DNA of 64,000 bases from Candidatus Latescibacterota bacterium (GCA_965204375.1 OZ241986.1:3488001-3552000); one strand, 5' to 3'; counted from the stretch's first letter, positions 1-10,803 are shown. Notes: generated by a model not told the origin, from the letters alone. A program made the numbers and translations.

Positions 1-82
1 CAGACAGGCGGCTAAAACCAGGCCGCTATGACGCATGCCTCGCCCCTACATCCGTGTTCATCCGTGGCTATTTTTGTTTTCA

Positions 83-119
83 CACAGGCGCCTGACGGAG
101 TACACTTATCCGTCGGCGC
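83..119 (+). repeat. 37-nt hairpin motif, copy 1 (candidate cis-regulatory element)
   Basis: CACAGGCGCCTGACGGAGTACACTTATCCGTCGGCGC; 33/37 identical to 2202-2238; stem GACGGA/TCCGTC. Confidence 0.75.
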
Positions 120-164
120 CTATTTTTTATCCAAAAATGTAAATGGGAAGATCCCCTTTTATTT

Positions 165-2147
165 ATGGCCCAATTACAAAGCGTTGAAACTTTAGAGACA
201 GAGAGCCGGGTGCGTAAAACCGCTGTATTGGCTATGGTTGGCACGCTGGTATTCACATGTGCGATGTCAACCTATGTGGAACTGAGCACGCGATCCGGTC
301 TCCTGGCAATGTCCAATCTGCCAATGACCGTATTATTGCCCTTTGTATTCTGGCTCCTGGGCAATTCCGTATTGAAGCGTTTTTGGCCCCGACTGTCCCT
401 GTCCGCAACAGAGATGCGGATACTATTTTGCCTCTTGTGGGTCGGCGGCTTATTTGCCGGTTTTAACTGGGCAACGCAGTGGGCTGGCATGATGGCCGCA
501 CCGCGTTATTTTGCATCGCCAGAGAACCGCTGGGAAGAACTGTACTTTGACGACTTGCCCAATTGGATGCTGCCGTTAAACACTCCGGGTGTGGTCGATG
601 GCTTCTATCAAGGAATATGGTCCGGCGTACCCTGGGGCGCGTGGTTGGGACCGATCTTCTGGGCGGGATCCATCGCCCTTGCAATCACGGCAGTCGGATT
701 GGGATTAACCGCATTATTCCAAAAACAATGGGCGCAACACGAGCGATTGGTCTATCCCCTCGCCGAAGTCTCCCTGGAACTCACCGAAGGATTTGACCGA
801 AAACCGGGTTGGCCTGCCTTTATGCAAAACAAAGCATTTTGGGCGGGATTTTTTATCGCAGCACTCCCCCTCTTGTGGAACATCGCAGAATACTTCATCC
901 CCGATTTTCCCCGCATTGCAATTTTTGACCCCATGTTCGGGCGAACCGGACGCAGAGGGGCACCCCTATCCCGATATTTGCCGCCATTTGCCTTCTCCTA
1001 TCGCATCCTGCCCACGCTGATGGGATTTACTTTTCTGTGCGATCTGAACATCCTGTTCAGCATCTGGTCGGTTTATCTCGTAGGGCTGGGGGCACAATAC
1101 GCCATGAACCGCGTGGGGTTCACAGTGGGAATGAGCGGGCAAGAAGCCGATGCGGGCGTCATAGTAAACCTTTTCTCGAACGGGGCGATGCTGGGACTGG
1201 CTCTCTGGGCAATATGGGCAGCACGCGGGCATCTGAAACGCGTCTGGAGACAGGTTCGCAGTCCAGTTGCAGGAGAAGCCCCCGAAACAATGATCCTGTC
1301 TCCGCGTAGCACTTTGCTGGTGCTTGCAAGTGGATTGCTCTATATGGCATTCTGGCTCTATCAGTCGGGCAACAGCCCATCAACGCTGATATTGTGGATG
1401 GCGGCATTCTGGATCGGCCTTTTTGTATCCATGAAGCTCGTGGCTGCCACTGGCTTCGCCTATTTATTTCCCTTTTGGGCAGGAGGAACAACCATACTGG
1501 GCGATATGTTTGTGGGCACGCGCAATATGTCCACACCCACGCTGGTAAGCACACACATGGTCAATCACCGTTTGCTGGCAGGCTGGCGCGTACCAACGGC
1601 ACTGCCCAATATAGAACGGACCATGGCGAGATCCACTAAGACAAACCGATTGATCTGGATCGGCGTCCTCCTCGGCGTGATCATCGGCGCTTCTTATACA
1701 GTCTGGCTGTGTTATACCTGGGGCGGAGCCAGCTTTCATTCCTGGGCACTGGAAGGTTCTGCACGCGAACGGTACAATATTATTGCCGGAGCGGTTGGCG
1801 ATACAGACCGATCTGTTCCAGACCTGGAAAAAACAGGCGTGTATTTATTGGGCACCCTGGGCGCGCTAATATTTGCCGTACTTCAGGCGAGAATCCCCTG
1901 GTGGCCCCTCCATCCCATGGGATTGATGGTGATGTATAGCTGGTACATGCGCATTTATATTCTGGACATTTTCCTGGTATGGCTGGCCAAATTGCTGGTT
2001 TTGAAATTCGGCGGGATCTTGCTCTACCGGCGGGTGCTCCCGTGTTGTTATGGGTTAATCGTGGGATTTGTATTTGCGATAGGAATCTCATTTCTCGTAG
2101 ATGTGATCTGGTTTCCCGATCAAGGACACGGGGTTCACGGGTGGTAA
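165..2147 (+). CDS. Polytopic inner-membrane protein, DUF6785/DUF6784-like (putative transporter)
   Basis: 660 aa with many hydrophobic helices; motifs YFASPENRW, QWxxHERLxYPL, WWPLHPMG; C-terminal WFPxxGHxVHGW; paralog of 8827-10791. Confidence 0.8.
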   Translation: MAQLQSVETLETESRVRKTAVLAMVGTLVFTCAMSTYVELSTRSGLLAMSNLPMTVLLPFVFWLLGNSVLKRFWPRLSLSATEMRILFCLLWVGGLFAGFNWATQWAGMMAAPRYFASPENRWEELYFDDLPNWMLPLNTPGVVDGFYQGIWSGVPWGAWLGPIFWAGSIALAITAVGLGLTALFQKQWAQHERLVYPLAEVSLELTEGFDRKPGWPAFMQNKAFWAGFFIAALPLLWNIAEYFIPDFPRIAIFDPMFGRTGRRGAPLSRYLPPFAFSYRILPTLMGFTFLCDLNILFSIWSVYLVGLGAQYAMNRVGFTVGMSGQEADAGVIVNLFSNGAMLGLALWAIWAARGHLKRVWRQVRSPVAGEAPETMILSPRSTLLVLASGLLYMAFWLYQSGNSPSTLILWMAAFWIGLFVSMKLVAATGFAYLFPFWAGGTTILGDMFVGTRNMSTPTLVSTHMVNHRLLAGWRVPTALPNIERTMARSTKTNRLIWIGVLLGVIIGASYTVWLCYTWGGASFHSWALEGSARERYNIIAGAVGDTDRSVPDLEKTGVYLLGTLGALIFAVLQARIPWWPLHPMGLMVMYSWYMRIYILDIFLVWLAKLLVLKFGGILLYRRVLPCCYGLIVGFVFAIGISFLVDVIWFPDQGHGVHGW

Positions 2148-2157
2148 TTAAATTTTT

Positions 2158-2188
2158 AAGGGGACCGGATGATCGGTTCCCTTTTTTT
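2158..2188 (+). terminator. Intrinsic terminator
   Basis: AAGGGGACCG...CGGTTCCCTT hairpin followed by a T-run, just after the stop codon. Confidence 0.8.
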
Positions 2189-2201
2189 ATTCAAAAGAAT
2201 C

Positions 2202-2238
2202 CACAGGCGTCTGGCGGAGTACACTCATCCGTCGGCAC
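2202..2238 (+). repeat. 37-nt hairpin motif, copy 2
   Basis: CACAGGCGTCTGGCGGAGTACACTCATCCGTCGGCAC, upstream of the TBDR operon. Confidence 0.75.
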
Positions 2239-2386
2239 ACAACTCGCCCTGGACGTACGGACGCGCTATAACGTCATTTTCGGTTACCTGAGGCCGCATC
2301 TGGCCTGGGGAATTGCTCAGACCTCGTTCTTTCAAATGCTGGACCTGGGCGTGGGTCTGAAATACTATTTTTAAGAGGAGGTTGCA

Positions 2387-5359
2387 ATGAGAAGACTTTC
2401 CTTATTAAGTCCTTTTCTGCTACTCCTGATCTGTCTATGTGCGGGAAATGCCTGGAGCGGTACAACGGGCAAGCTCACCGGCGTGGTATTAGATCAACGT
2501 GGGGAGCCACTTCCCGGCGCCAACGTCGTGATCAAAGAAATGCGGCGGGGCGCGAGCACAGATTCGGAAGGCAGATATTTTATTTTATCCGTAGATCCGG
2601 GCACATACCGGGTAGAAGCATCTCTGGTGGGCTATCAGTCCATCGCACAAGAAGATGTGAAGATGATTGTGGATTTTACCACAACGGTGGATTTTCGCCT
2701 GGAGGAAATGGTACTTGAAGGGGCAGAAATCGTAGTTGTGGCCGAGCGGCCCCTTGTTGAGCCGGACAAGACATCGACCAAATACGTGGTGACCTCCGAG
2801 GAGATCGAGGCATTGCCAATGGTGCGCAGTGCATCCGATTTTGCCGAGTTGCAAGGCGGTGTATCCGTAGATGGCAACTGGACGATCCGCGGTGGAGACG
2901 CGCCGGATGCCGCGGTGATTATCGACGGCGTCCGCCTGGTGAACAACGACCTCAGGGGATTTAACCGGTTTATGGGCGTGAACACCAACGCCATTGAGGA
3001 GTTGCAAGTCATCACCGGTGGGATGGAGGCGGAATACGGCAACGCACAGGCCGGGATTATCCGGATCGTGACGCGAGACGGCAGCAGCACATTGAGGGGC
3101 CTGGTAGAATACCGCAACACGCCGCCTTCTAAAAAGCACTGGGGGCCAAATATCTATGAGCACCCGACCGTACTCCAACAGGACCTGCCGGACAACGCCA
3201 CAAAGCTGGACTACACCAGCACCTTAGGGCATGAAGTAGATTTGAGCCTGTCGGGACCGCTGGTGGGTGGTCTGCAATTTTTTGCCAGCACCAAGTGGGA
3301 CGGCAGGGCACCGCGGTTTCCCGGGCCAACAACGCGGGTGCCGTGGAATACGCAGAACCACATGAAGTTAATCCAGCAGGTCAACCCCAATTTGAAGGTG
3401 CGCGTGGGGGGTCTGTTTGAGCGACACAAAGGCTACAACGGCGATTCCCGCGGCATTGGAAGCAGCTTCCGCAATTTGTACCTGCCCGACGATTTTGCCA
3501 CAGCCGGTCACCGGTGGAACCAGGAAGACATGATTTATTTATCAGCCACGCACACGATCACTTCTCGTACGTTTTACGAAATGCGTCTTTCGCGTTCTCA
3601 CAGCAGCATAGAAACGCAGAATGGCCCGACAGCTACTACAAAGTGGACCAGAAACGGTTATTTCAATATGGACCGCGCCTTTTTCCGCCCAGAGGACTCG
3701 GAGCGGATCCGGTGGAATCTGAAGGCGGACCTGTCCAGCCAGATAACGCGCTCCAACCTGATTAAAACGGGTCTGGATATTACGTATTACAACGTGTGGT
3801 GGACCTGGATTCAGCACGCCACTGAAGCGAACCGCACCATAAGGTTTATCGGCCGGGATCACAACATCGGCGAAGGGGTAAAACCCCTGGAAATAGCCCT
3901 GTACCTGCAGGACCGGATCGAATTTGAAGGCATTGTGCTCAATGCCGGCATCCGGTTGGACCGCTTCGACTTCCGCAGGAACGAACCGCATCCCTACCTG
4001 TGGGGCACCACGCCGATGTACGTGGGCCTGTTGCGCTTCCGCAATGCGCCGACCGAACCGGCCGAGCCGATGATTCGATGGAGCCCGCGCCTGGGCATCT
4101 CCCACCCGATTACCGCAAAGTCAACGCTTCGGTTTTTCTACGGCAAGTTCACCCAGCCGTTGCGATTTGACCACTGGTATCAGGAAGAGTGGGATTCCGG
4201 CACCACAGATGACCGCAATGGAGACGGCGTGGTGCAGGACTACGAATGGGGCAGTGGATATGTCAAGACACAGGGCCTGCTCCACGGGCACTCGGCATTC
4301 GCGCCTTATGAGCAGACCACGAGCTTTGAAGTCGGATTGGACTGGAACTTCGTGAGCGACTACGTGTTGAATCTGACCACGTATTACAAGAGCGCGATTG
4401 ACCAGTCGCGCGCGGGCAGCCAGACCAATTATCGCGATCCATTGAAGAACGGAAAAAACATCGTGGGACCTTCCCACAGGATGGCCGGGTATTCAGAGGA
4501 TAGTCGCGGGTTTGAGGTGAGCCTGAAAAAGCGGTTCTCCCACCACTTCGCCTTCCAGGTGGCATATAACGTGCAGTGGGCCACCGAAGACCAGTCGGGC
4601 TGGCGCGGTGCTTCCGCCTTCCCGGACTCGCTATTTATGGTCAGCGGTCTGTTCTGGCGACAACATACCTACGATCCGAATACCGGTATGGAGACACCCG
4701 TGCCAATGTCCGAATCCGAGATCGCGAAATTCGGCGCTCAGGCGAACAAAACCCTGCGCTCCTGGCAAGCTGGCGAAATCAGCCTCGCACCTTTCCGAAA
4801 GTCCTTCCCCGACCTGATGTACGAAGCGCCCAACGGGGGCAAGATGTGGCTCTTCATGACGCTTTCGGGTGGTCGTGAATCCAGGCCGCGCATCAACGCG
4901 GACCAGCGCGCTTTCGGCAGCATCCAGGTACTGGTATCCACCCCTGCGGACTTCGGCCCGACGCTCGGGAAGATAAAACCCCTGGGCAACTGGCGCTCCA
5001 ATGTCATCTATCGCCTGGATACGGGTACGCCGTTCCAGTATTCGCCCCCCGACGGGCCTACAGTGTGGGCAAATTCCCCGCTGCGGACCCGCACGGACAT
5101 GAGTCTGGAACGCAGTTTCTACATCAACCGCTATGAGGCGGTCTTTTACACGGAAATCAGCAATTTGTTCAACACCCAGGACTTGCGCAACAACAACCTG
5201 TTCGACAACAACCAGCCGCCGTTCGACTGGATGCAGTGGGGTTTGACCACACCGCGTCCGGGCAATGCGAAATTTGAGCAGTACGGAGACGAACTTGTGT
5301 TGAACCGGTATATGGGCGCCCCACGACATGTGGTGCTGGGTTTGAGGGTAAAATTCTAA
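2387..5359 (+). CDS. TonB-dependent receptor with N-terminal carboxypeptidase-regulatory-like domain
   Basis: Signal peptide; GTTGKLTGVV..GEPLPGANVVI; plug motif IRGG..IIDG..AIEELQVITGGMEAEYGNA; WSPRLGISHPIT; terminal Phe; RBS GAGGAGG. Confidence 0.93.
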   Translation: MRRLSLLSPFLLLLICLCAGNAWSGTTGKLTGVVLDQRGEPLPGANVVIKEMRRGASTDSEGRYFILSVDPGTYRVEASLVGYQSIAQEDVKMIVDFTTTVDFRLEEMVLEGAEIVVVAERPLVEPDKTSTKYVVTSEEIEALPMVRSASDFAELQGGVSVDGNWTIRGGDAPDAAVIIDGVRLVNNDLRGFNRFMGVNTNAIEELQVITGGMEAEYGNAQAGIIRIVTRDGSSTLRGLVEYRNTPPSKKHWGPNIYEHPTVLQQDLPDNATKLDYTSTLGHEVDLSLSGPLVGGLQFFASTKWDGRAPRFPGPTTRVPWNTQNHMKLIQQVNPNLKVRVGGLFERHKGYNGDSRGIGSSFRNLYLPDDFATAGHRWNQEDMIYLSATHTITSRTFYEMRLSRSHSSIETQNGPTATTKWTRNGYFNMDRAFFRPEDSERIRWNLKADLSSQITRSNLIKTGLDITYYNVWWTWIQHATEANRTIRFIGRDHNIGEGVKPLEIALYLQDRIEFEGIVLNAGIRLDRFDFRRNEPHPYLWGTTPMYVGLLRFRNAPTEPAEPMIRWSPRLGISHPITAKSTLRFFYGKFTQPLRFDHWYQEEWDSGTTDDRNGDGVVQDYEWGSGYVKTQGLLHGHSAFAPYEQTTSFEVGLDWNFVSDYVLNLTTYYKSAIDQSRAGSQTNYRDPLKNGKNIVGPSHRMAGYSEDSRGFEVSLKKRFSHHFAFQVAYNVQWATEDQSGWRGASAFPDSLFMVSGLFWRQHTYDPNTGMETPVPMSESEIAKFGAQANKTLRSWQAGEISLAPFRKSFPDLMYEAPNGGKMWLFMTLSGGRESRPRINADQRAFGSIQVLVSTPADFGPTLGKIKPLGNWRSNVIYRLDTGTPFQYSPPDGPTVWANSPLRTRTDMSLERSFYINRYEAVFYTEISNLFNTQDLRNNNLFDNNQPPFDWMQWGLTTPRPGNAKFEQYGDELVLNRYMGAPRHVVLGLRVKF

Positions 5360-5398
5360 CGGCGACAATTTGTTGTCTCAATTAAAGGAGGTAGGACA

Positions 5399-7717
5399 AT
5401 GCGATTCAACGCACGTCCAATATTGTGGGGCCTTGCGGTAATGCTCGCGCTAATGCTGTGCGCGCCGAGCATTGTGCAGGCCCAGAGCATGGAATATCTC
5501 AACCGGGGCAAGCTGTGGGATGGCGTGGTTGAGAACGGTGGATCCGGAATGATCTTCAACTACCAGAAGATCTACGAGCGGATCGGCCTGGCCTATCCGG
5601 GCATGCTGCAGTTGAGCGGTTCGTATGGGTCGCGGAGTACCAAATGGTACCAGTCCTCTGGTCAGGGCGTCTGGATTCTCCTGAAAGATGGGGGAACCTA
5701 CGAGGTGTATTCCAGCGGCGGTCCGCGCTACAACAGCGATGGCGTTTTCCAGGTAGATTATCCCGCAGACCAGAAAGAAGAGCAGCATCAGGGCTATGAC
5801 AACCAACCCCTTAGCGACGACGCCTCGCTTTTGGAAACGCACGGCTTGCCGAGTTTTGTACAGCCCAACTACTGGGTAGGCGTGGCGCCGCCGAGTGCGC
5901 GTCCCGTGAATATCCACAACTGGACCTATGGGGAATACGCGACCCCGGATAAGGACAGCTATGGCGAGCAGGTCGTAATCGCCCATTGGCGGGCAGGCGA
6001 TATTCTGGGCACGCGCAAAGGCCGCGTGTGGAGCCATCCGGATTACGACGACTTCATCATATACGAGTTGACATTCGAGAACGTGGGTGACAAACCTTTG
6101 AACGACACGTACTTTGCGATGAACAACATCTTTCGGCCTGCACAGCCCGGACATATCTTCACGGGTGGCTATCCGCTCTGGTATGCCGGAACCAATACGG
6201 CTGCTTATGACGACCACTACAAATACACGGGATCGCCGGGCTATGTGGGGCCTTCAGGCGTATCTGCCGAGGCCATCGCAAAGGCTCGAATGAGCTATAG
6301 CTATGACGGGGATTATCCCCTCAGTCCACACGATGACAGGGGAGAGCCACTGGTCAAATCGCGTGAAGACCCGCGTTATCCACCGCAGATTGACCGCCCC
6401 GAAGGCACCCTGCTGTCGGCCGCGTACATTGGCTTTGCCACCATCGATGCAGATCCCACCGACGGATTTGCCCACGAGCCAGATGCAGCGTCTAAGTACG
6501 TAGCACCCAAAGTGGCAGAACAGCCCGTTTCGGTCAATTGGTACCAGGTGCGCAACCGGTCGGACTACGACGACCCGCACGAAGCGCAGCACTCAGACGA
6601 GCAGATGTACGACATGATCACGTCTCCAACGCCTTCTGACCCCACAGAAGTATCCGCATACGCCCACACCCAGGCCTGGGGACCTTATGACCTGGCACCG
6701 GGCGAGAAAGCCAAGGTGGTGACGGCTTATGTGGCTGCTCAGGCGTCTGGTCACGATAAGTACAAAGGCCAAGTCCAGCCCTACGACTGGTACTGGATGT
6801 TCGAAGGCAAAAAGGACGAAATCGATCTGGGCGAAGAAGTGCTCTTCAAACACCTGGAAAGGGCGCAAAATGCCTACGAACTGGACTACAACGTGCCCAA
6901 TCAGCCGCCAGATGTGTACTTCGAGATCCGCAGCAATGCCGACGGCAACTTTACCGTTAGCTGGTCTGGCGACGTGATGGACGCGCGCGATCCCGACTAC
7001 ACGGGCGCTGAGGCTCAGGACATAGCTGGTTTTCGCGTCTATGTGTCGCGTCAGGCTTTCTTCGGTCCATGGGAACTCGCCGTTGAGGTAAAGACCGATC
7101 CCGTCTCGGGGCCTGTCAACCTGCCCGATGGCGTGACCTATGACAGCGCGACCAACTTCTTCTCCTGGACGGATACCGGGTCCCTGCCCGGCTTTGCCTA
7201 TTGGTACATTGTGCGGGCCTTTGACAAGGGCCACGACCACTGGACAGGCGCCAATGGCAAAACCATGGCCGATCTGCCTCCCGATGTGCAGGACAATGTG
7301 CGCATGGGATTGGAAGGCGGACACAGTTCGCAAAACCAGATCAGCTATCACAACGGCGTCCGCCCCGTGGTGATTTCCAGTTCGGCATTCGACCGCATGG
7401 AAGTGCCAATTCAAGTGGTGCCCAATCCGTTCCATCTGACGGACAAGGCCGGCCACTACAAGGCATCGAAAAATATGCGGTTCACGGGGTTGCCGCGCCA
7501 TGCCCGCATCAGCATCTACTCTATATCGGGCAACTTGATCGTCACCAAAATCCACAACAACGCATCGCAAGGTGAGGCTGTGTGGAACCAGAACACGATG
7601 CATTCGGGCAACGTAACCGAGCGGCTCGGCAGCGGCGTGTATTTCTGGGTGGTGGAGTCCTTAGTTCCGGGCAGTGAAGGCAAAACGCAGACCGGTACAT
7701 TGATGATTATTCGATAA
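5399..7717 (+). CDS. Secreted protein with Fn3-like domain and T9SS-type C-terminal sorting domain
   Basis: Signal peptide; VSWS..GFRVY..YWYIVRAFD; C-terminal VVPNPF..FTGLP..ISIYSISGNLI..GSGVYFWVV..MIIR; RBS AAAGGAGG. Confidence 0.75.
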   Translation: MRFNARPILWGLAVMLALMLCAPSIVQAQSMEYLNRGKLWDGVVENGGSGMIFNYQKIYERIGLAYPGMLQLSGSYGSRSTKWYQSSGQGVWILLKDGGTYEVYSSGGPRYNSDGVFQVDYPADQKEEQHQGYDNQPLSDDASLLETHGLPSFVQPNYWVGVAPPSARPVNIHNWTYGEYATPDKDSYGEQVVIAHWRAGDILGTRKGRVWSHPDYDDFIIYELTFENVGDKPLNDTYFAMNNIFRPAQPGHIFTGGYPLWYAGTNTAAYDDHYKYTGSPGYVGPSGVSAEAIAKARMSYSYDGDYPLSPHDDRGEPLVKSREDPRYPPQIDRPEGTLLSAAYIGFATIDADPTDGFAHEPDAASKYVAPKVAEQPVSVNWYQVRNRSDYDDPHEAQHSDEQMYDMITSPTPSDPTEVSAYAHTQAWGPYDLAPGEKAKVVTAYVAAQASGHDKYKGQVQPYDWYWMFEGKKDEIDLGEEVLFKHLERAQNAYELDYNVPNQPPDVYFEIRSNADGNFTVSWSGDVMDARDPDYTGAEAQDIAGFRVYVSRQAFFGPWELAVEVKTDPVSGPVNLPDGVTYDSATNFFSWTDTGSLPGFAYWYIVRAFDKGHDHWTGANGKTMADLPPDVQDNVRMGLEGGHSSQNQISYHNGVRPVVISSSAFDRMEVPIQVVPNPFHLTDKAGHYKASKNMRFTGLPRHARISIYSISGNLIVTKIHNNASQGEAVWNQNTMHSGNVTERLGSGVYFWVVESLVPGSEGKTQTGTLMIIR

Positions 7718-7735
7718 TGAGGAGGAGGCCAGGAC

Positions 7736-8725
7736 ATGAAAAGAAATACCCTCTTAATCGGACTGATTGTGGCCCTTATGGCTGGGCTTTCGGCCCCTCC
7801 TGTATTGGCCGAAGAAGTCAAGTCCGGTTTTCGGCGCACGGCATCTACCGGCTTTGGATTCCTGCTGGTGGGGCAAAGCGCGCGAGCCACGGCGATGGGC
7901 GAAGCCTATATACCTATCGCCAACGATATCAACGCGATTTTCTGGAATCCCGCGGGGCTGGTCGCCATCGAGCGCGGGGCTTTTTCCGCTACGTACACGC
8001 GCTGGCTGGTCAACTCGAAGCTGTATTCGGGTGCCGTGTCTTACAATATTCCATTCGGGACATTGGGCGTCAGCGTCATTTCGTTTGCACCTGAGCAATT
8101 TGAAGAGACCACGATCTTTGAGCCACAGGGCACGGGAGAGATGGTCAACGGCAATGGCACGGCGCTGGGGCTCGTATTTGCCAAGCGCCTGACCAATAAA
8201 TTGTCGTTTGGGCTGGAGGTGCGCTACTTGCAGCAGAACCTGCACAGAGAACAGATTACCCACATCGACTTCGGGGTATCCAGCATGTTTGCCACGGGCT
8301 TTGCCAGCAGCCGCATCGGCATGTCGCTGAAAAACTTCGGAGCAGACAAAGCCGTCGTGACCGATGACCCATTTCGGATGCCAATGGTGTTCAATTTTGG
8401 CGCTGCCATGGAAATTATCGGCAATTTGGGCGATCCGGTCTCATTGACATTATCGCTGGTAAATGCCTATAATCTGGAGGTAGAAAAAGAGCAATTCAGA
8501 ATAGGCACAGAATTGTGGTTACAAAATATGCTGGCTCTGCGCGCGGGCTATAAGTTCGACAAAGGTCTCTTTGGGTTCAACAGAGATATCTATAGCTGGT
8601 CTATCGGCGCGGGAGTCAAGCAGAGCTTCGCAGGGCGAAGTCTCGCAGTTGACTTCTCGTATGCGGCCGTGGAGGAAGTCGCGTTTTCCGCGCCGCTGCG
8701 ATTGACCCTTAGTGGAACATTCTGA
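7736..8725 (+). CDS. PorV/PorQ-family outer-membrane beta-barrel
   Basis: GFGFLLVGQSARATAMGEAY..NAIFWNPAGL signature; ALRAGYKF; terminal Phe. Confidence 0.88.
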   Translation: MKRNTLLIGLIVALMAGLSAPPVLAEEVKSGFRRTASTGFGFLLVGQSARATAMGEAYIPIANDINAIFWNPAGLVAIERGAFSATYTRWLVNSKLYSGAVSYNIPFGTLGVSVISFAPEQFEETTIFEPQGTGEMVNGNGTALGLVFAKRLTNKLSFGLEVRYLQQNLHREQITHIDFGVSSMFATGFASSRIGMSLKNFGADKAVVTDDPFRMPMVFNFGAAMEIIGNLGDPVSLTLSLVNAYNLEVEKEQFRIGTELWLQNMLALRAGYKFDKGLFGFNRDIYSWSIGAGVKQSFAGRSLAVDFSYAAVEEVAFSAPLRLTLSGTF

Positions 8726-8757
8726 TGCGCTCATTGGCATAAAGCCCACGCATTTCT

Positions 8758-8795
8758 GGCGGCGGTCCAGCGAGGATAGGGCCGCCGCCTTTTTT
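8758..8795 (+). terminator. Intrinsic terminator
   Basis: GGCGGCGGTCC...GGGCCGCCGCC followed by TTTTTT. Confidence 0.85.
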
Positions 8796-8826
8796 ATTAA
8801 GTCGGCTCGATATTAAAGGATCTGCC

Positions 8827-10791
8827 GTGGCGATTTCCGAACGCACAACTGAGGCACCAGAAACAGTTGTAGAACCCCAGGGAGTGACGCTCAGAGCCTT
8901 TATTCTGGCGATGATCACAATTGCAGGGGTGTGTATTTTCGCGACTTATTACGGGCGAAATTTGATGAAAAGTTTTTTGCCCGTAACCGCATTACTGCCC
9001 CTCGTGGTGTGGATCGGGATAAACACCGCGTTAAAACTAACAGCGCCCCGATTCGCCCTATCGCGCAGCGAAGTAGTGACCATTTTTGGGATCGTGTGGA
9101 TGGTATCTACGGTACCCGCAATCGGATGGGTGGGGTATTTAATCACGGATATTTCGGCACCCGCGGCCTTTTCATCACCCGAAAACCGATTCTGGGAAGT
9201 AGCGGGTCAGTACCTGCCTCGATGGTTATTTATGGATCGGGGAAGCGAAGTGGTAGAGCGGCTATACGTGGGATTGGGGCACAGAGATGAGATTCCCTGG
9301 GCGCACTGGGTCGTCCCGCTGTTCTGGTGGTTTGTGGGGAGTCTATCTCTGGTACTGGCCGGATTTTTTGCCAGCGTACTATTCTACAAACAGTGGCTGA
9401 TGCACGAGCGCCTGTCCTTTCCCCTCGCTGCCGTACCTCTGGCGCTTTTGGAAGAATCCGAGGGAAGCCGGGTTCCCGATGTATTCAAAGACTGGGTTTT
9501 CTGGGCCGGGTTTGCGTGTACAGCCGGCGTGATTTTCTGGAATATCACCGGCTATTTTGTCCTGACATTGCCCCGCATCACGATCTACGACCACTGGCTG
9601 ACCACAGCGGTAGATACGGGACAGTATATTCCCACCATCTATTTGCGCATTCACCCCCTGATGATGGGTCTGGCCTATTTGTGCCCGCTGAATATATTGA
9701 TGAGTTTCTGGTTTTTTTTCCTCGTCAATGCGTTTAAGATGACAGTGATGAACCGCACGGGCTTTACCATCGGGTTGCAGGGCCAGACAGCCGCGCCCGA
9801 AGAGATTTTGATGCTGGAGGCGCACGGCGCACTGGTTTTTCTCGTTCTCTGGTCAGTATGGGTGGCCCGAGATCACTTGAAAGAGACGCTACACAAGGCT
9901 TTCGGAGACCTGCGCTCACAAGACGACGGGGTGCCCGTATCCTATCGCACAGCCTGGCTGGGATTTTTAAGTGCCACAATTTTTTTCACCGGTTTTTTGC
10001 TCTCAATGGGCATCAGCCTACCCTCGGCAATGGTGCAGATGGGCCTGCTATTCGTCATCTACCTCGGCGTAACCAAATTTGCGGCAGCCACGGGCTACGT
10101 GTTCCTCGCGCCCCAGGGAGAAAAAGGGTGGCAGATTATGAAGGCCCTCTACGGGACATTAAATATTTCGAGCCGGGATTTGACGGGTTTGATAGTGGTG
10201 AGCCGAAACGCGCTCGCCGGAGCGCCAGCCCGAATGCTATCTGTGCCAGCAATTCCCCATTTTTTTAAGCTCCTGGGCAATGGGCTGCAGCGTTCCTGGG
10301 CTATCGTGGGTGTGTTGCCCGTTGCCCTCCTGGGGGCATTTGCAGTGGCCTGTGCCGCACAGCTCTATCTGTGTTACATGGAAGGCGGATTGAATCATGC
10401 CTATATGCCCGACTGGCGACACATGGTCAGGCAAGTGTCGCTGATTGAAGGGACACAGCCAGCGTATTTCGACCTGGACAAAACCATAGTGTGGTTTTTG
10501 GGTATTGCCGAGGCGGGATTATTGACGCTCTTGGGCATGCGGTACGCGGCCTGGCCAATTCACCCGTTCGGTCTGGCTTTTCCAGACAACCGATTTCGCT
10601 ATGGATTTGGGATATTCATCGTATGGCTGGCCAAGTCATTGACATTGCGCTTTGGCGGGGTGAGCCTCTACCGGCGATCACTGCCATTTTGGTATGGTAT
10701 TGTGGTGGGATATCTGGTGGGAGTGGGAGCTTCGACAGTAGTAGATGCGATCTGGTTTCCATTGAACCGACATTTTGTACACGGATGGTAA
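8827..10791 (+). CDS. Polytopic inner-membrane protein, DUF6785/DUF6784-like (paralog 2)
   Basis: 654 aa; FSSPENRFW, KQWLMHERLSFPL, WPIHPFG, WFPLNRHFVHGW; GTG start with AAAGGA RBS. Confidence 0.8.
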   Translation: MAISERTTEAPETVVEPQGVTLRAFILAMITIAGVCIFATYYGRNLMKSFLPVTALLPLVVWIGINTALKLTAPRFALSRSEVVTIFGIVWMVSTVPAIGWVGYLITDISAPAAFSSPENRFWEVAGQYLPRWLFMDRGSEVVERLYVGLGHRDEIPWAHWVVPLFWWFVGSLSLVLAGFFASVLFYKQWLMHERLSFPLAAVPLALLEESEGSRVPDVFKDWVFWAGFACTAGVIFWNITGYFVLTLPRITIYDHWLTTAVDTGQYIPTIYLRIHPLMMGLAYLCPLNILMSFWFFFLVNAFKMTVMNRTGFTIGLQGQTAAPEEILMLEAHGALVFLVLWSVWVARDHLKETLHKAFGDLRSQDDGVPVSYRTAWLGFLSATIFFTGFLLSMGISLPSAMVQMGLLFVIYLGVTKFAAATGYVFLAPQGEKGWQIMKALYGTLNISSRDLTGLIVVSRNALAGAPARMLSVPAIPHFFKLLGNGLQRSWAIVGVLPVALLGAFAVACAAQLYLCYMEGGLNHAYMPDWRHMVRQVSLIEGTQPAYFDLDKTIVWFLGIAEAGLLTLLGMRYAAWPIHPFGLAFPDNRFRYGFGIFIVWLAKSLTLRFGGVSLYRRSLPFWYGIVVGYLVGVGASTVVDAIWFPLNRHFVHGW

Positions 10792-10803
10792 TGGAGGTGT
10801 GTC

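Noticed and set aside
8-68. REP-like fragments (GCATGCCTCGCCCCTAC, ATCCGTGTTCATCCGTGG)
   Set aside because: Single partial copies at the window edge; repetition cannot be shown here.
6593-7603. 336-aa minus-strand ORF (and similar ones at 4631-5368 and 5450-6217)
   Set aside because: Antisense shadows of GC-rich real genes; no motifs or RBS.
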